A DNA stretch of 64,000 nucleotides, from contig CANQCG010000003.1 of NCBI GenBank assembly GCA_947589645.1, forward strand, positions 3,891 through 67,890, written 5' to 3'. The DNA comes from an uncultured Clostridia bacterium (GTDB lineage: Bacteria; Bacillota; Clostridia; TANB77; CAG-508). Both the position numbers and the translations under genes were made by a program. Below, one piece after another: positions 18,186 through 28,378 of the stretch (its first letter is position 1; every line of letters starts with the position of its first letter). A model generated the notes under the pieces. The model saw only the letters and a list, made by a program, of their open reading frames with translations, was not told where the DNA came from and made no database searches.

Positions 18186-20114
18186 TTATTCTTTTTCAGC
18201 CTTTTTCATTTTTTCTAATACTAAAATGAACATTGCATGTGACCATCCAAGTCCCATTACCCAGTTTGGCTTTAGAGTAGCATTATCGATTTGTTCACTT
18301 AAGAAGTAATGCTTTCCAACTGTTTTTAATACAAAGTCAAATGTTTCTTTTGCATTTTTCTTTTTGCCTTTTTCTAAATAGTATAGAGTCATCCACAAAT
18401 TAGATATTACCCATGGATTACAATTCATATAATGGTCTTGCTCGAATCTTTGGTAACCACCTGTATATGTACGAATAGTTAAATTTATTCTCTCTACAGT
18501 ATTTATTACTCTTTTCTCTTTTGGAGCAAATACTTTAAATGGTACAACTGCCCCTAAAATACTTATGTCCATTTTTTTGTCTTCTTCATTTCTTACATAA
18601 GAACTTTTTGTTTCATCATATAAATTTTCGTTTATGTATTTTTTAATTCTTATTTGTAAACTTTCTATCTCTTTTGAAGATTTTGCAACCTTCTCATTTT
18701 TTAATCTGTTTCCACCTTTAAAGTCTGAAACATTTTTGCCAAGCACTTTGTAAATATTTAATATTGCTTCAAAAGCTGCATATATGCTTGATAGAGAATA
18801 TAAATGTATTCCTTCATGCATTTCCCATAAATCATAGCTTACATGATATTTACTTTCGTATTCTGGGTTTTCCTTTTTTTCAAATATTTCTTTTATATAT
18901 CGTTTTAAGAAATCAACTGCTTTTTCGCACATTTGCAGATTATCTTTAAGGAACTTTTCACTTTTTGTGTACAAATAGTGCATATATACACCATAAACTA
19001 CACTTGCTGTTTCATCTACCTGATAGCCCCAGCAAGGTGCTAATCTGCCATCTGTGTAAAATCTTTGCTCCCACATTCCATTTTTGCTTTGTGTTTTTTT
19101 GCAAAATACACTGTAAAATTTTTCTGCTTCTTTTTCCATTTTCAAAATATCTAATGCACGCGTAATAAACACTGCATCTCTTGGCCAGCAATATCCATAC
19201 CTTCCACAATGGTTTAAATCTTCATCAACCTCTGGTGCAGATATTATTCCTCCTGTAGTTTGATTTGTTAATAGTGGGAATAATAAAATACTTCTTATAT
19301 AGATTTCTAATATTTTTTGTTCATATTCTGTTTTTGGTTCTTCTAAATTTAGTCCATCATGCTCTTTTACATATTTTCTCCAAAATGATTTTGTATCATG
19401 ATATTCTTTTTGTAAATCTATTTTTTTAATTCTTTCAATTTCGTTTTCTACTTCTGATATTGATTTTTTATTATCATTTAATAATATGCATATTTCGATT
19501 TCTTTTTTCTCGTTTGGCTTAAGTGTGCCTAAAGCATAACTTATGCTTGAATCTTTTGACATACCAATATAATCTTTATCTTTAATTATTCCTGTGCCAA
19601 TGGTTTCTTTTGAATTATTTAATTGATGGCTATGTAACTTTTCATTTTTTGAAAATATTGAAACTGAAAAGTCATGTGCATATTGTAACATACCTCCATC
19701 AATAACTTTTGAACCCACAAAATTATTTTGGTCTGATAAAAGTTCTGAATGTATTAAAAAATTTATATCTAGCGGAATTGTGTTTTCGTTTATTAGTGTA
19801 TATTTTTTTACAATTACATCATCTTTTAACATTGCAAAATCGGTTTGCAAAATTTTTATTTCAAAATATGTATTTGATATTTCAGTATTTAGTATATTTG
19901 TATCTGTATCATAATATTGTTTATATGAATTGTTTATATCATCATGCAAATAAATTATGTTAGAATCGTTTATTTTTAGCCCTACATGTAGAAAATTTAA
20001 GTATTGCCTATTATCTCTACTTGGGTACAAAAGCCTTAGCATTTCTCCTTTTGCTGAAAAAGTTGCTAATATATTTTTATTTCCTATTATTGCTTCATTT
20101 AGATATTTTTCCAT
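18186..20114 (-). CDS. Glycoside hydrolase family 15 (glucoamylase/glucodextranase-like)
   Basis: GH15-type motifs YGYCWPRDAVF and SYDLWEMHEG. Start chosen at ATG 20114 (GAAGAGG 6 nt upstream); the track start 20129 has no SD. Confidence 0.75.
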   Translation of the reverse strand: MEKYLNEAIIGNKNILATFSAKGEMLRLLYPSRDNRQYLNFLHVGLKINDSNIIYLHDDINNSYKQYYDTDTNILNTEISNTYFEIKILQTDFAMLKDDVIVKKYTLINENTIPLDINFLIHSELLSDQNNFVGSKVIDGGMLQYAHDFSVSIFSKNEKLHSHQLNNSKETIGTGIIKDKDYIGMSKDSSISYALGTLKPNEKKEIEICILLNDNKKSISEVENEIERIKKIDLQKEYHDTKSFWRKYVKEHDGLNLEEPKTEYEQKILEIYIRSILLFPLLTNQTTGGIISAPEVDEDLNHCGRYGYCWPRDAVFITRALDILKMEKEAEKFYSVFCKKTQSKNGMWEQRFYTDGRLAPCWGYQVDETASVVYGVYMHYLYTKSEKFLKDNLQMCEKAVDFLKRYIKEIFEKKENPEYESKYHVSYDLWEMHEGIHLYSLSSIYAAFEAILNIYKVLGKNVSDFKGGNRLKNEKVAKSSKEIESLQIRIKKYINENLYDETKSSYVRNEEDKKMDISILGAVVPFKVFAPKEKRVINTVERINLTIRTYTGGYQRFEQDHYMNCNPWVISNLWMTLYYLEKGKKKNAKETFDFVLKTVGKHYFLSEQIDNATLKPNWVMGLGWSHAMFILVLEKMKKAEKE

Positions 20115-20195
20115 TTTAACCTCTTCCATTTCTTTGGCACAAATAGTTTGGAAGGAATATATTCAAACTACCCTTCTACAATATTTAGAATTTTA

Positions 20196-21839
20196 CTAAC
20201 CTTCAACTACATTTAAAATATTTTTTTCTAATTCCTTCATTTTCTCGTTAATTCTAAACATGTCTGCTTCTTTTAAATTATGATTTTCTACATCCTGCTT
20301 TACAAAGTCTTCCATTTCTACTAGTTCTTGTTTTATTTGATTTAATCTATATAATATTTGCTGTCTTAAATCAGTTGGTTTTTCATAAGAAATTTGATTT
20401 ACAAGCTCTGTTTCGCCATCTAAATCATATGTTTCTCCCCAATCTGGTATTGTAACAGCTATTCCAGTTTCCTCTACAATCTTTTCTTTTAATACTTCTT
20501 GAGCTTCTTCCTCGCCATGTACTAAAAATATGTGTTTTGGCTTTTCAATAAATGAATATATAAAGTTCATAAGCCATTCTTGGTCAGCATGGCCTGAATA
20601 ACCTTCTATATATTCAATTCTAGCATTTACACTGATTTCTTCTCCAAATATTTTTACTGTTTTAGCTCCATTTACTATACTATAACCCAATGTGCCTGGT
20701 GCTTGGTACCCAACAAATAATATTGTACTTTTTGGATCCCACAAATGATGTTTTAAATGATGTTTTATTCTTCCTACTTCGCACATGCCACTTGCAGATA
20801 TTATTATAGATGGCTCTTTACTTTGGTTTAATGCTTTTGACTCATCTGCTGTTTGTGCAAATTTTAGACCCGGAAATTCTAATGGATTATCTCCCATTGA
20901 TATTCTTGCTTTTGTTTCATCATCAAATAATTCCATATTATCGTTGAATATTTGTGTTGCTGATATTGCAAGTGGACTATCTACATATACTGGTGCCTTC
21001 ATTAATGTTTGATATTCTTTTCGAAATTTTTCGTCTGTTCTTTTTTCTTTTAAATTATTTATTTCATATAGTATTTCTTGAGTTCTGCCTACAGCAAATG
21101 ATGGTATTACTACTGTTCCACCATTATCTAAAGTTTCTGATACAATATCTAGGAAGAGTTCTGCTTTTTCTAAGTTTTTGTTATGCAATCTACTTCCATA
21201 GGTTGACTCCATTACTAGAATATCTGCATTATCAATCATGGTTGGCTCTCCAAGTAATGGTATATCATTATTTCCTAGGTCTCCTGTAAATACCGCTTTT
21301 GTTTCTTTTCCATTTTCATTGGCCCAAATTTCTATAATGCTAGAGCCTAACATGTGTCCAGCATCATTAAATCTAACATGTATATCTTGATCTATTTCTA
21401 TTAATTCGTCATATTGTACTGGATGAAATATTTCTAAACAATCTATAGCATCTTGTGCTGTATATAATGGTTCTAATGGTTCTTCACCTTTTCTTTGTCT
21501 TTTCTTGTTCTTCCATACAGATTCCATCTCTTGTATATGTCCACTATCTTGCAACATTATTGAGCATAAGTCACATGTTGCTTTATGAGCAAATATTGGT
21601 CCCTTGAAACCATCTTTATACAATTTTGGAATTCTTCCTGAGTGATCTATATGTGCATGTGTAAGTAGCATAAAATCTAATTCAGCAGGGTTATATGCAA
21701 AAGGCTTATAATTTTGTGCCTCGGTATCGCCTCTTCCTTGGAACATACCACAATCTACTAAAAATTTTTTGCCTGCTGCTTCCACCAAAAAATTTGATCC
21801 TGTAACTGTTTTTGTTGCTCCTAAAAATGTAATTTTCAT
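20196..21839 (-). CDS. MBL-fold beta-CASP family hydrolase (RNA-metabolising type) with a C-terminal coiled-coil extension
   Basis: 547 aa. HAHIDHSG motif, later D/H motifs (GDLGN, SGHAD). The C-terminal region of about 90 aa is helical. Confidence 0.8.
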   Translation of the reverse strand: MKITFLGATKTVTGSNFLVEAAGKKFLVDCGMFQGRGDTEAQNYKPFAYNPAELDFMLLTHAHIDHSGRIPKLYKDGFKGPIFAHKATCDLCSIMLQDSGHIQEMESVWKNKKRQRKGEEPLEPLYTAQDAIDCLEIFHPVQYDELIEIDQDIHVRFNDAGHMLGSSIIEIWANENGKETKAVFTGDLGNNDIPLLGEPTMIDNADILVMESTYGSRLHNKNLEKAELFLDIVSETLDNGGTVVIPSFAVGRTQEILYEINNLKEKRTDEKFRKEYQTLMKAPVYVDSPLAISATQIFNDNMELFDDETKARISMGDNPLEFPGLKFAQTADESKALNQSKEPSIIISASGMCEVGRIKHHLKHHLWDPKSTILFVGYQAPGTLGYSIVNGAKTVKIFGEEISVNARIEYIEGYSGHADQEWLMNFIYSFIEKPKHIFLVHGEEEAQEVLKEKIVEETGIAVTIPDWGETYDLDGETELVNQISYEKPTDLRQQILYRLNQIKQELVEMEDFVKQDVENHNLKEADMFRINEKMKELEKNILNVVEG

Positions 21840-21896
21840 AACTTGTTTCCTTTCTCGTTTAAATAGTTTAAGGCTATAGCTTAATTTAACATTAAA

Positions 21897-23495
21897 CTAA
21901 TTTAAGATTTTGTTTTTCTTGTTTAACCTTACATTTAAGCTGTGTTTTTTTAAATCTTTTATTTCAAATTTTTCTTCATAAGTATTTTCATTATTTTCGG
22001 AAAGTTCAACAAAATATTTGTCTTTTTCCTTGATTACAGCTATATAAATATCATCTAATGAAATAATATTTGTTTTAAAAATATATTGCAATAGTTTAAG
22101 ATTTTCTTCTATATTATCAGAAGGTGTAAAAACTATTTTATTTTCAATAGCTTTTTTTAGTAATGCATTTTGTACTTCTTTTAGGTTCTGCTCTAGCTCT
22201 ACATTTTGATATATATCTATTTGCTCGTTAAAAGGCAAAAGATTATAATATCTAAAAATATAAATTAAGTCTATTATTTTATCTTTTGTATCTTCAGCAT
22301 CTATAATTTTTAAAAAGCATTTTAAAAATATTTTTTGCAAATCCTCTAGCATATGCTCGTTTAAGTCGTGATTGTCTTTTTCATTTGCAAATTGCAAAAG
22401 TTCTGCAATTTTCTCTAACTTTGATTTTTCCTTAACAAATTTTTTAGGGTTTAACCATTCATTTTTTTCTTCTAGTTCTTCTAACAAATTTTGCTTTTGA
22501 GATTTTATATTATTTTCTAAAACTTTTATGCTAAATATTTTTTGCTCTAGTGGTTTATTTTCATTTATCTTAGCATATTCTTTGTTTAATAATTCCTTGC
22601 TAGATAATATGTTGTCTAATTTTTTTATTTTTTTGTTTATTTGTTTCTTTTGCTCAGTTAATTCTTCTATAAGTTTTTGTTTGTCATTAAATATTAATAA
22701 TTTTTCTTCGTTTTCTTTTTGTAATTTACTCAAACTTTCTGCATATTTTGAATTTATTTGTGCCTCTATAATTATTGACAATTTTTCTAAAGTGCTAATA
22801 AATCTTTCTGCCAATTTACTTCCATATTTTTCAGTTAACTCATTTATAAATTCATCATAATAATCTATTACATATTCAGTATTTGAAAGCCATGAATTTA
22901 AGAATTCCTCTCCAAGCAGAATTCTTAAATTTTGATATATTAAGTTATAGGGAATATTTTCTATTTCTTTTTTTACTATAAGCCATGACCAACCATTAAA
23001 ATCTCTTAATGGTTCAACTGTATTTATGTTATTTCCAATATTAAGCATATCTGATATAGTTTTACTTATTAAAAAATATTTACTTTTAATAATTTCTTCT
23101 TGTTTTCCTATTTTTGCAATACAATATAATAATTTTCTTTCAATTGGAAAGCAAATTATAGATTTGTTTTGAATATCTACTAAAAATGTTCTATTTTCTA
23201 AAATTTCTGCTTCTTTTGAGTTTGGTTTTATAACTTTTATAGTATTACAATTGTTTTCTATAGTTTTTATAATTCTTTCTGTATAATTCTGTTTTGATTC
23301 CACATTTCTTTTTACTTTTTTATAGTCATTATATGATACATCAATTTTATATAAAATCTCAAGAAGAAGGTTCTTTACATTTTCATCAAAGTCTTTAGTT
23401 TCTAATACTTTTTCTAGTTCATTATTATAGTTTTTTTGAACTATTCTTCCTAAAAGTTTTTCCTTTTTCTTTGGCAAAGTCCTTCTCCTTTCCAC
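21897..23495 (-). CDS. Hypothetical K/E/N-rich protein, central coiled coil, no recognisable domain
   Basis: 532-aa ORF, uninterrupted, same strand and spacing as its neighbours. Start is ambiguous: GTG 23495 or TTG 23477 (AAAGGAG 7 nt upstream of the TTG). Confidence 0.5.
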   Translation of the reverse strand: MERRRTLPKKKEKLLGRIVQKNYNNELEKVLETKDFDENVKNLLLEILYKIDVSYNDYKKVKRNVESKQNYTERIIKTIENNCNTIKVIKPNSKEAEILENRTFLVDIQNKSIICFPIERKLLYCIAKIGKQEEIIKSKYFLISKTISDMLNIGNNINTVEPLRDFNGWSWLIVKKEIENIPYNLIYQNLRILLGEEFLNSWLSNTEYVIDYYDEFINELTEKYGSKLAERFISTLEKLSIIIEAQINSKYAESLSKLQKENEEKLLIFNDKQKLIEELTEQKKQINKKIKKLDNILSSKELLNKEYAKINENKPLEQKIFSIKVLENNIKSQKQNLLEELEEKNEWLNPKKFVKEKSKLEKIAELLQFANEKDNHDLNEHMLEDLQKIFLKCFLKIIDAEDTKDKIIDLIYIFRYYNLLPFNEQIDIYQNVELEQNLKEVQNALLKKAIENKIVFTPSDNIEENLKLLQYIFKTNIISLDDIYIAVIKEKDKYFVELSENNENTYEEKFEIKDLKKHSLNVRLNKKNKILN

Positions 23496-23521
23496 CTTTA
23501 TTTTTATGTAATTTTTATATG

Positions 23522-25996
23522 TTATTCTTCATTAACTGATTCATCTTCTTGCTCTTGTTCTACTTCTTCTTCCACTGGCTCTAATTCTTGTATAGGTTCT
23601 ACTTCAGAAGTAGACATTTTTAGTTCTTGCCATCTCTCTGGAGTCATAAGAACTTGTCTTGGCTTACTTCCTTGATAGCCTGAAATAATTCCTCTTTCTT
23701 CCATTTGATCTATAATTCTTCCTGCTCTTGCATAACCTACTTTGAATTTTCTTTGTATATATGAAGTTGAGGCCTGTCCTGATTCTACAACTTCTTCTAT
23801 AGCTTGCATTAAGAATGGGTCTGTGTCATCGTCTTCTTCTTGCTCTGACGCTACTTCCTTGTCTGTTTTATTCATATTTTCTATTTTTTCTATTATGTCT
23901 GTATTATATTTTACTTCTCCATTTGATTTTATGAAGTCTACTATTTTTTCTACTTCGTCGTCTGAAACAAAAGCGCCTTGCACTCTTGTTGGCTTTGGAC
24001 TTCCTGATGGATAGAATAACATATCTCCTTTGCCTAGTAATTTTTCTGCTCCTGCCATGTCTAAAATTGTTCTTGAATCTACTTGTGAAGATACAGCAAA
24101 TGCTATTCTAGATGGGACATTTGCTTTAATTATTCCTGTTATTACATCTACAGATGGTCTTTGTGTGGCGATTACTAAATGCATTCCTGCTGCTCTTGCT
24201 TTTTGTGCTAACCTACATATAGCATCTTCTACATCTTTAGCTGCTACCATCATCAAATCTGCAAGCTCATCTATTATTACTACTATTTGTGGTAGTTTAC
24301 CACATTTTTCTTCATCTTTTTTATTTTGATTTTCTTTTTCTATAATGGCATTATAACCTTTTAAATCTCTTACACCTTTTGATGCAAATACTGTATATCT
24401 GTTTTCCATTTCTTGTACTGCCCAAGCTAGTGCTCCTGCAGCTTTTTTAGGATCTGTTACAACTGGTATTAATAAATGTGGTATACCATTATATACTGAT
24501 AATTCAACTATTTTAGGGTCTACCATTAATAGTTTTACTTCACTTGGCTTACTATTATATATTATGCTTGTAATTATTGTGTTTATGCAAACACTCTTTC
24601 CTGAACCTGTTGCTCCTGCAATTAGTACATGTGGCATTTTTCCAATATCTGCTATCATAGTGTTTCCTGCAACATCTTTTCCTAGAGCGACACTTAATTT
24701 AGATTTATTATTTTGGAATTCATCACTTTCTAATACATCTCTTAAATGTACTGTTTCTTTTTCTGTGTTTGGCACTTCAATACCTACTGCTTGTTTTCCA
24801 GGTATTGGTGCTTCTATTCTTATCGTCTCTGCTGCTAAATTTAGAGCAATATCATCTGCTAAATTTGCTATTTTGCTTACACGTACTCCTTCTGCTGGTT
24901 TTAATTCATACCTAGTAATAGCAGGTCCTACAGATACATTCTCAACTTTTGCTGATACCCCAAAACTATATAGAGTTTTTTGAAGCTTAGTTGCAACATC
25001 TGCTAATGCCTTTGCTCCTCCTTTTATAGCTTTTTGGCTTCCCAAACTTAATATTTCTAAAGGTGGATATTCATAATGTTCTTCTTCTACTGCTATTGCA
25101 TGTTCTAATTGTAATACCTGTTTTGTTTTGTCTTCCTTCTTTTCTTCTTCTTGCTTAAATAAATTACTTTCAAGAACATTTGGTGATGCTACTTGCCTAT
25201 TTGTAGCACTTTTATTCATTCCTAATGGTACTAAATCATCATCTTCATATTTATATTTTTTCTTATCATTATTTTCATCAACAAGTCTTCCATTTAAATT
25301 AATTTTTATTTGTTCTTCATTAAGATCTTCTAAAGCTTCCTTTGAGTTTTTCTTTTGTTCTTTTCTGCTTTTCTTTTCTTCTTTTCTAGCTTCTCTTTTT
25401 TGTCTTTGCTCAAGGATTTCTTCTAAGTTTTCTTGTTGTGTTTCTTTTAATTTTTCTATATATTCACTTATTATTGCTGTTATATCTATTCCAAAGGTTA
25501 CAACAAATAATGCTATAGAAGCTCCTATTCCTAATATTATAGAACCTGGTTTTCCAAGACTTTTTGTTAATGGTACTGCAGCTAAAGCCCCTAATGCTCC
25601 TCCACCTGCTGAATGTGTAGCACCCTCATTATATGCGACTTTTAATACTTCTGATAATTCTTGGTTTACACTTATTTCTCCTGTTATAACTTGAAAAACG
25701 CTTGCTACTACTGAAACAAAAAATATAAACACCAAATACTCTGTAAGTTTTGATGATAAATATCCTTTTTTCTTGCAAGCTAAATTAATGGCAATTATGA
25801 ACATTCCAATTGGTAAAATATATTTTAGCCATCCCATCATTCCACCTAAAAAGCTACTTAGAGCTTCTCCAATATTTCCTGATTTGGTATATATTAGAAC
25901 GGCTAAAAGTATGCTTATTACTATTGTTACAATAATTGCCATATTTATATTATTACTTGTTTTCTTTCTTTTTTTATATTTTCTTTTTTTGGCCAT
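23522..25996 (-). CDS. ftsK: DNA translocase FtsK/SpoIIIE
   Basis: 824 aa. N-terminal TM helices; Walker A GATGSGKS; Walker [11 protein letters not shown]; gamma winged helix [22 protein letters not shown]. Confidence 0.95.
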   Translation of the reverse strand: MAKKRKYKKRKKTSNNINMAIIVTIVISILLAVLIYTKSGNIGEALSSFLGGMMGWLKYILPIGMFIIAINLACKKKGYLSSKLTEYLVFIFFVSVVASVFQVITGEISVNQELSEVLKVAYNEGATHSAGGGALGALAAVPLTKSLGKPGSIILGIGASIALFVVTFGIDITAIISEYIEKLKETQQENLEEILEQRQKREARKEEKKSRKEQKKNSKEALEDLNEEQIKINLNGRLVDENNDKKKYKYEDDDLVPLGMNKSATNRQVASPNVLESNLFKQEEEKKEDKTKQVLQLEHAIAVEEEHYEYPPLEILSLGSQKAIKGGAKALADVATKLQKTLYSFGVSAKVENVSVGPAITRYELKPAEGVRVSKIANLADDIALNLAAETIRIEAPIPGKQAVGIEVPNTEKETVHLRDVLESDEFQNNKSKLSVALGKDVAGNTMIADIGKMPHVLIAGATGSGKSVCINTIITSIIYNSKPSEVKLLMVDPKIVELSVYNGIPHLLIPVVTDPKKAAGALAWAVQEMENRYTVFASKGVRDLKGYNAIIEKENQNKKDEEKCGKLPQIVVIIDELADLMMVAAKDVEDAICRLAQKARAAGMHLVIATQRPSVDVITGIIKANVPSRIAFAVSSQVDSRTILDMAGAEKLLGKGDMLFYPSGSPKPTRVQGAFVSDDEVEKIVDFIKSNGEVKYNTDIIEKIENMNKTDKEVASEQEEDDDTDPFLMQAIEEVVESGQASTSYIQRKFKVGYARAGRIIDQMEERGIISGYQGSKPRQVLMTPERWQELKMSTSEVEPIQELEPVEEEVEQEQEDESVNEE

Positions 25997-26010
25997 TGTA
26001 CAACATCCCT

Positions 26011-26514
26011 CTATTTTAATTCTTTTCTACTATTTTGTACTGTTTTTATTATATCTTCAAGTGACATTTCCATTAAATGTGATGCTTCTTCCATGCTCTT
26101 TCTTAACTTGTCTAGGGTAGTTGTTAATACTTCTTCTGTTGAGTTTAATAAGTTATCTGCGTATTCTTTTGTTCCTTCTGAAATTTCACGTGACATATCA
26201 TTTGCTGATTCTATAATTTCATTTTTTTGCTCATAAGCTTTTCTTGTAATTTCATGTTCATCAATCATTGAAATTATTCTATTTTCAGCTTCTTTTACAA
26301 TTCCATCAGCTTCTTTTTGTGCCTCAAGAAGTATTCTTTGTCTTTCTTCTTTGATCCATTTAGCTTGTTTTAATTCGTCTGGTAATTTTAGTCTTATCTC
26401 TTTTATGATATCTAAAATTTCACCCTTGTCCACTATACTTTTTTGTGAAAAAGGTACTCCTCTACTTCTTTCTAAAATATCCTCCAATGATTCTAATAAT
26501 GTAAAAATCTCCAT
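26011..26514 (-). CDS. Coiled-coil protein of unknown function
   Basis: 167 aa, heptad-rich (ATP-synthase-b / V-ATPase-G-like composition only). Preceded by leader module copy 3. Confidence 0.45.
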   Translation of the reverse strand: MEIFTLLESLEDILERSRGVPFSQKSIVDKGEILDIIKEIRLKLPDELKQAKWIKEERQRILLEAQKEADGIVKEAENRIISMIDEHEITRKAYEQKNEIIESANDMSREISEGTKEYADNLLNSTEEVLTTTLDKLRKSMEEASHLMEMSLEDIIKTVQNSRKELK

Positions 26515-26521
26515 TTTACTT

Positions 26522-26552
26522 CATGTTAGTATATACTAACATGCCTCCTTTC
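26522..26552 (-). promoter_or_regulatory. SD+hairpin leader module, copy 3 (rsmD/coiled-coil gene junction)
   Basis: AGAAAGGAGG-CAUGUUAGU-AUAU-ACUAACAUG-AAGUAAA-AUG(26514). Perfect 22-nt palindrome directly abutting GGAGG. Confidence 0.65.
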
Positions 26553-26558
26553 TTGGTT

Positions 26559-27110
26559 TTAGGCATTCTTTCGTAAAAATATTATATGTGCAATACCATA
26601 TTTTCTTTTATCAGTTATCTCATATTTTAGTTCTTGCAACTCGTTTAATATTCTTTGCTCATCATTTGTTTCTAATATTATTATTGTTTCTTCATTTATA
26701 AATTCACTATTTTGCAATATTTTCAAAGCTTTTTGTATATAATCTGTTTCATATGGTGGGTCAATATAAATTATATCAATATGCTCTTTTAAAGTTTTTA
26801 AGATTTGCTCAAAATCGCTATTATAAACCTCTACTTTTTCTTCTGAATGTGTTTTTTCTTTGTTTTTGTTTATTATATTAATTGCTTCTTTAGATTTATC
26901 GCATAATATAGATTTTTTAGCACCTCTGCTTACTGCTTCTAGTCCTATTGCTCCACTTCCAGAAAATAAGTCTAAAAATACACCGCCTTCGATTTCTTGC
27001 TGTATTATATTAAATACTGATTCTTTTACTCTATCTAATGTTGGCCTTGTGACTTTTCCCTCTAGAGTGAATAATTTGGTGCCTCTAGCTGTTCCTCCTA
27101 TTATTCTCAT
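26559..27110 (-). CDS. rsmD: 16S rRNA (guanine966-N2)-methyltransferase
   Basis: 183 aa. SAM motif LDLFSGSGAIGLEA and IYIDPPY. Confidence 0.85.
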   Translation of the reverse strand: MRIIGGTARGTKLFTLEGKVTRPTLDRVKESVFNIIQQEIEGGVFLDLFSGSGAIGLEAVSRGAKKSILCDKSKEAINIINKNKEKTHSEEKVEVYNSDFEQILKTLKEHIDIIYIDPPYETDYIQKALKILQNSEFINEETIIILETNDEQRILNELQELKYEITDKRKYGIAHIIFLRKNA

Positions 27111-27146
27111 AGGTTCTCCTAATTTAGATATTTTTTCTATAATACC

Positions 27147-27174
27147 ATTTTATTCCTTTTTCGCCTATTGTCAA
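27147..27174 (-). promoter_or_regulatory. Sigma-A type promoter upstream of rsmD
   Basis: CTATTGACAA context: TTGACA - 16 nt - TAAAAT. Confidence 0.5.
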
Positions 27175-27256
27175 TAGTATTAATAGAATTGTAATATACA
27201 TTTAATAGTTTTGTAACATAGTGTTTTCTAAGAAATATATAACTTTTCTACAATAC

Positions 27257-27288
27257 CAAAAAAGACTATCTTTTAAGATAGTCTTTTT
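27257..27288 (-). terminator. Intrinsic terminator after divIVA
   Basis: AAGACUAUCUU/AAGAUAGUCUU stem followed by UUUUGG. Confidence 0.65.
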
Positions 27289-27296
27289 GTTTAGCT

Positions 27297-27746
27297 TTAT
27301 TCTTTATTAACATCTTTTAATAATTCTAATTGTGATATTAATAGTGATTCCATTTTAGCTTTATATATATCAAATTGTTTTTTCATGTCATCTAATTCTA
27401 TTTGTTTCATTTTTATTTGTTGTTTTAAATCTTCAACTGTTTGCTGAGCAGAAGCTTGTGCTTCTTTTATTATTTGGTCGGCTTGTTGCTTAGCTAACTT
27501 CTTTGTCTCTTCTGCTGTTGATTGAGCCATTAATAAGGTATTTTGAAGAGTTTCTTCTATGGTTTTATAATGTGCTAAACTTTTTGTTAATTCTTCTACT
27601 TTCTCTGATAGTTCTGATACTTCTTTATAGTTTTTAGAATAGTCTACTGCTAATTCATCTAAGAAATCATCTACTTCTTCAACACTATAACCATTCATTC
27701 TTTTTCTTGAGAATCTTTTTTCTTCTATTTCTAATGGTGTAATCAT
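27297..27746 (-). CDS. divIVA: DivIVA domain protein
   Basis: 149 aa. N-terminal ITPLEIEEKRFSRKRMNGYSVEEVDDFLDEL followed by a coiled coil. Confidence 0.85.
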   Translation of the reverse strand: MITPLEIEEKRFSRKRMNGYSVEEVDDFLDELAVDYSKNYKEVSELSEKVEELTKSLAHYKTIEETLQNTLLMAQSTAEETKKLAKQQADQIIKEAQASAQQTVEDLKQQIKMKQIELDDMKKQFDIYKAKMESLLISQLELLKDVNKE

Positions 27747-27776
27747 TTCTATCTCTCCTTTTAAGTGTAAATTCGA

Positions 27777-28253
27777 CTAATTTATACTATTATTTTTTAA
27801 CCAAGATACAGAAAGTTTATTTTTTATTTCTTCTCTTGCCATTTCATTTGTTATTTCATAATTTACTGGTGCTATTAAAAATATTGAATTAGATATTTTT
27901 TGTATATGTCCATTTAGTGCATATACTCCACCACTTATAAAATCTACTATTCTTCTAGCAACATCTTTATTAACATATTCTAAGTTAACTATAACTGACT
28001 TTTTCTCTTTCAAAAAGCTACAAATTTCCTCTGATTGTTCAAAGGTTGTTGGTTGAGATATTACCATTTTTACAGATTGATTTTGTGGCATTGCTAATAT
28101 CTTGCTTTTCTTTCCAAATAATTTTTTATCTTCGTATTGTTCCTCTGGCTCCTCTTCTGCTAAATCATATACATTTTCTTCTTCATCGTCTTCTGGCTCT
28201 GCTTGATCCATTCCAAATAATCCCCATACTTTATCCATTATTGCTCCTGACAT
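27777..28253 (-). CDS. sepF: Cell division protein SepF
   Basis: 158 aa. DUF552 core SVIVNLEYVNKDVARRIVDFISGGVYALNGHIQKISNSIFLIAP. Confidence 0.85.
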   Translation of the reverse strand: MSGAIMDKVWGLFGMDQAEPEDDEEENVYDLAEEEPEEQYEDKKLFGKKSKILAMPQNQSVKMVISQPTTFEQSEEICSFLKEKKSVIVNLEYVNKDVARRIVDFISGGVYALNGHIQKISNSIFLIAPVNYEITNEMAREEIKNKLSVSWLKNNSIN

Positions 28254-28378
28254 AAAAAAACCTCCTAAATATTTTTTCTTTAAGTAATGCGCTTATAGTA
28301 TCTATCTTTTTTTATAAATTGTCAATAGTTTTTTGATTTGTAATTTAAACTTAACACTTTTGTAATTTGTTTGTAATA

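Noticed and set aside
19012-19209. 65-aa minus-strand ORF inside the GH15 gene
   Set aside because: It is out of frame within a longer conserved ORF on the same strand, with no SD and no motif.
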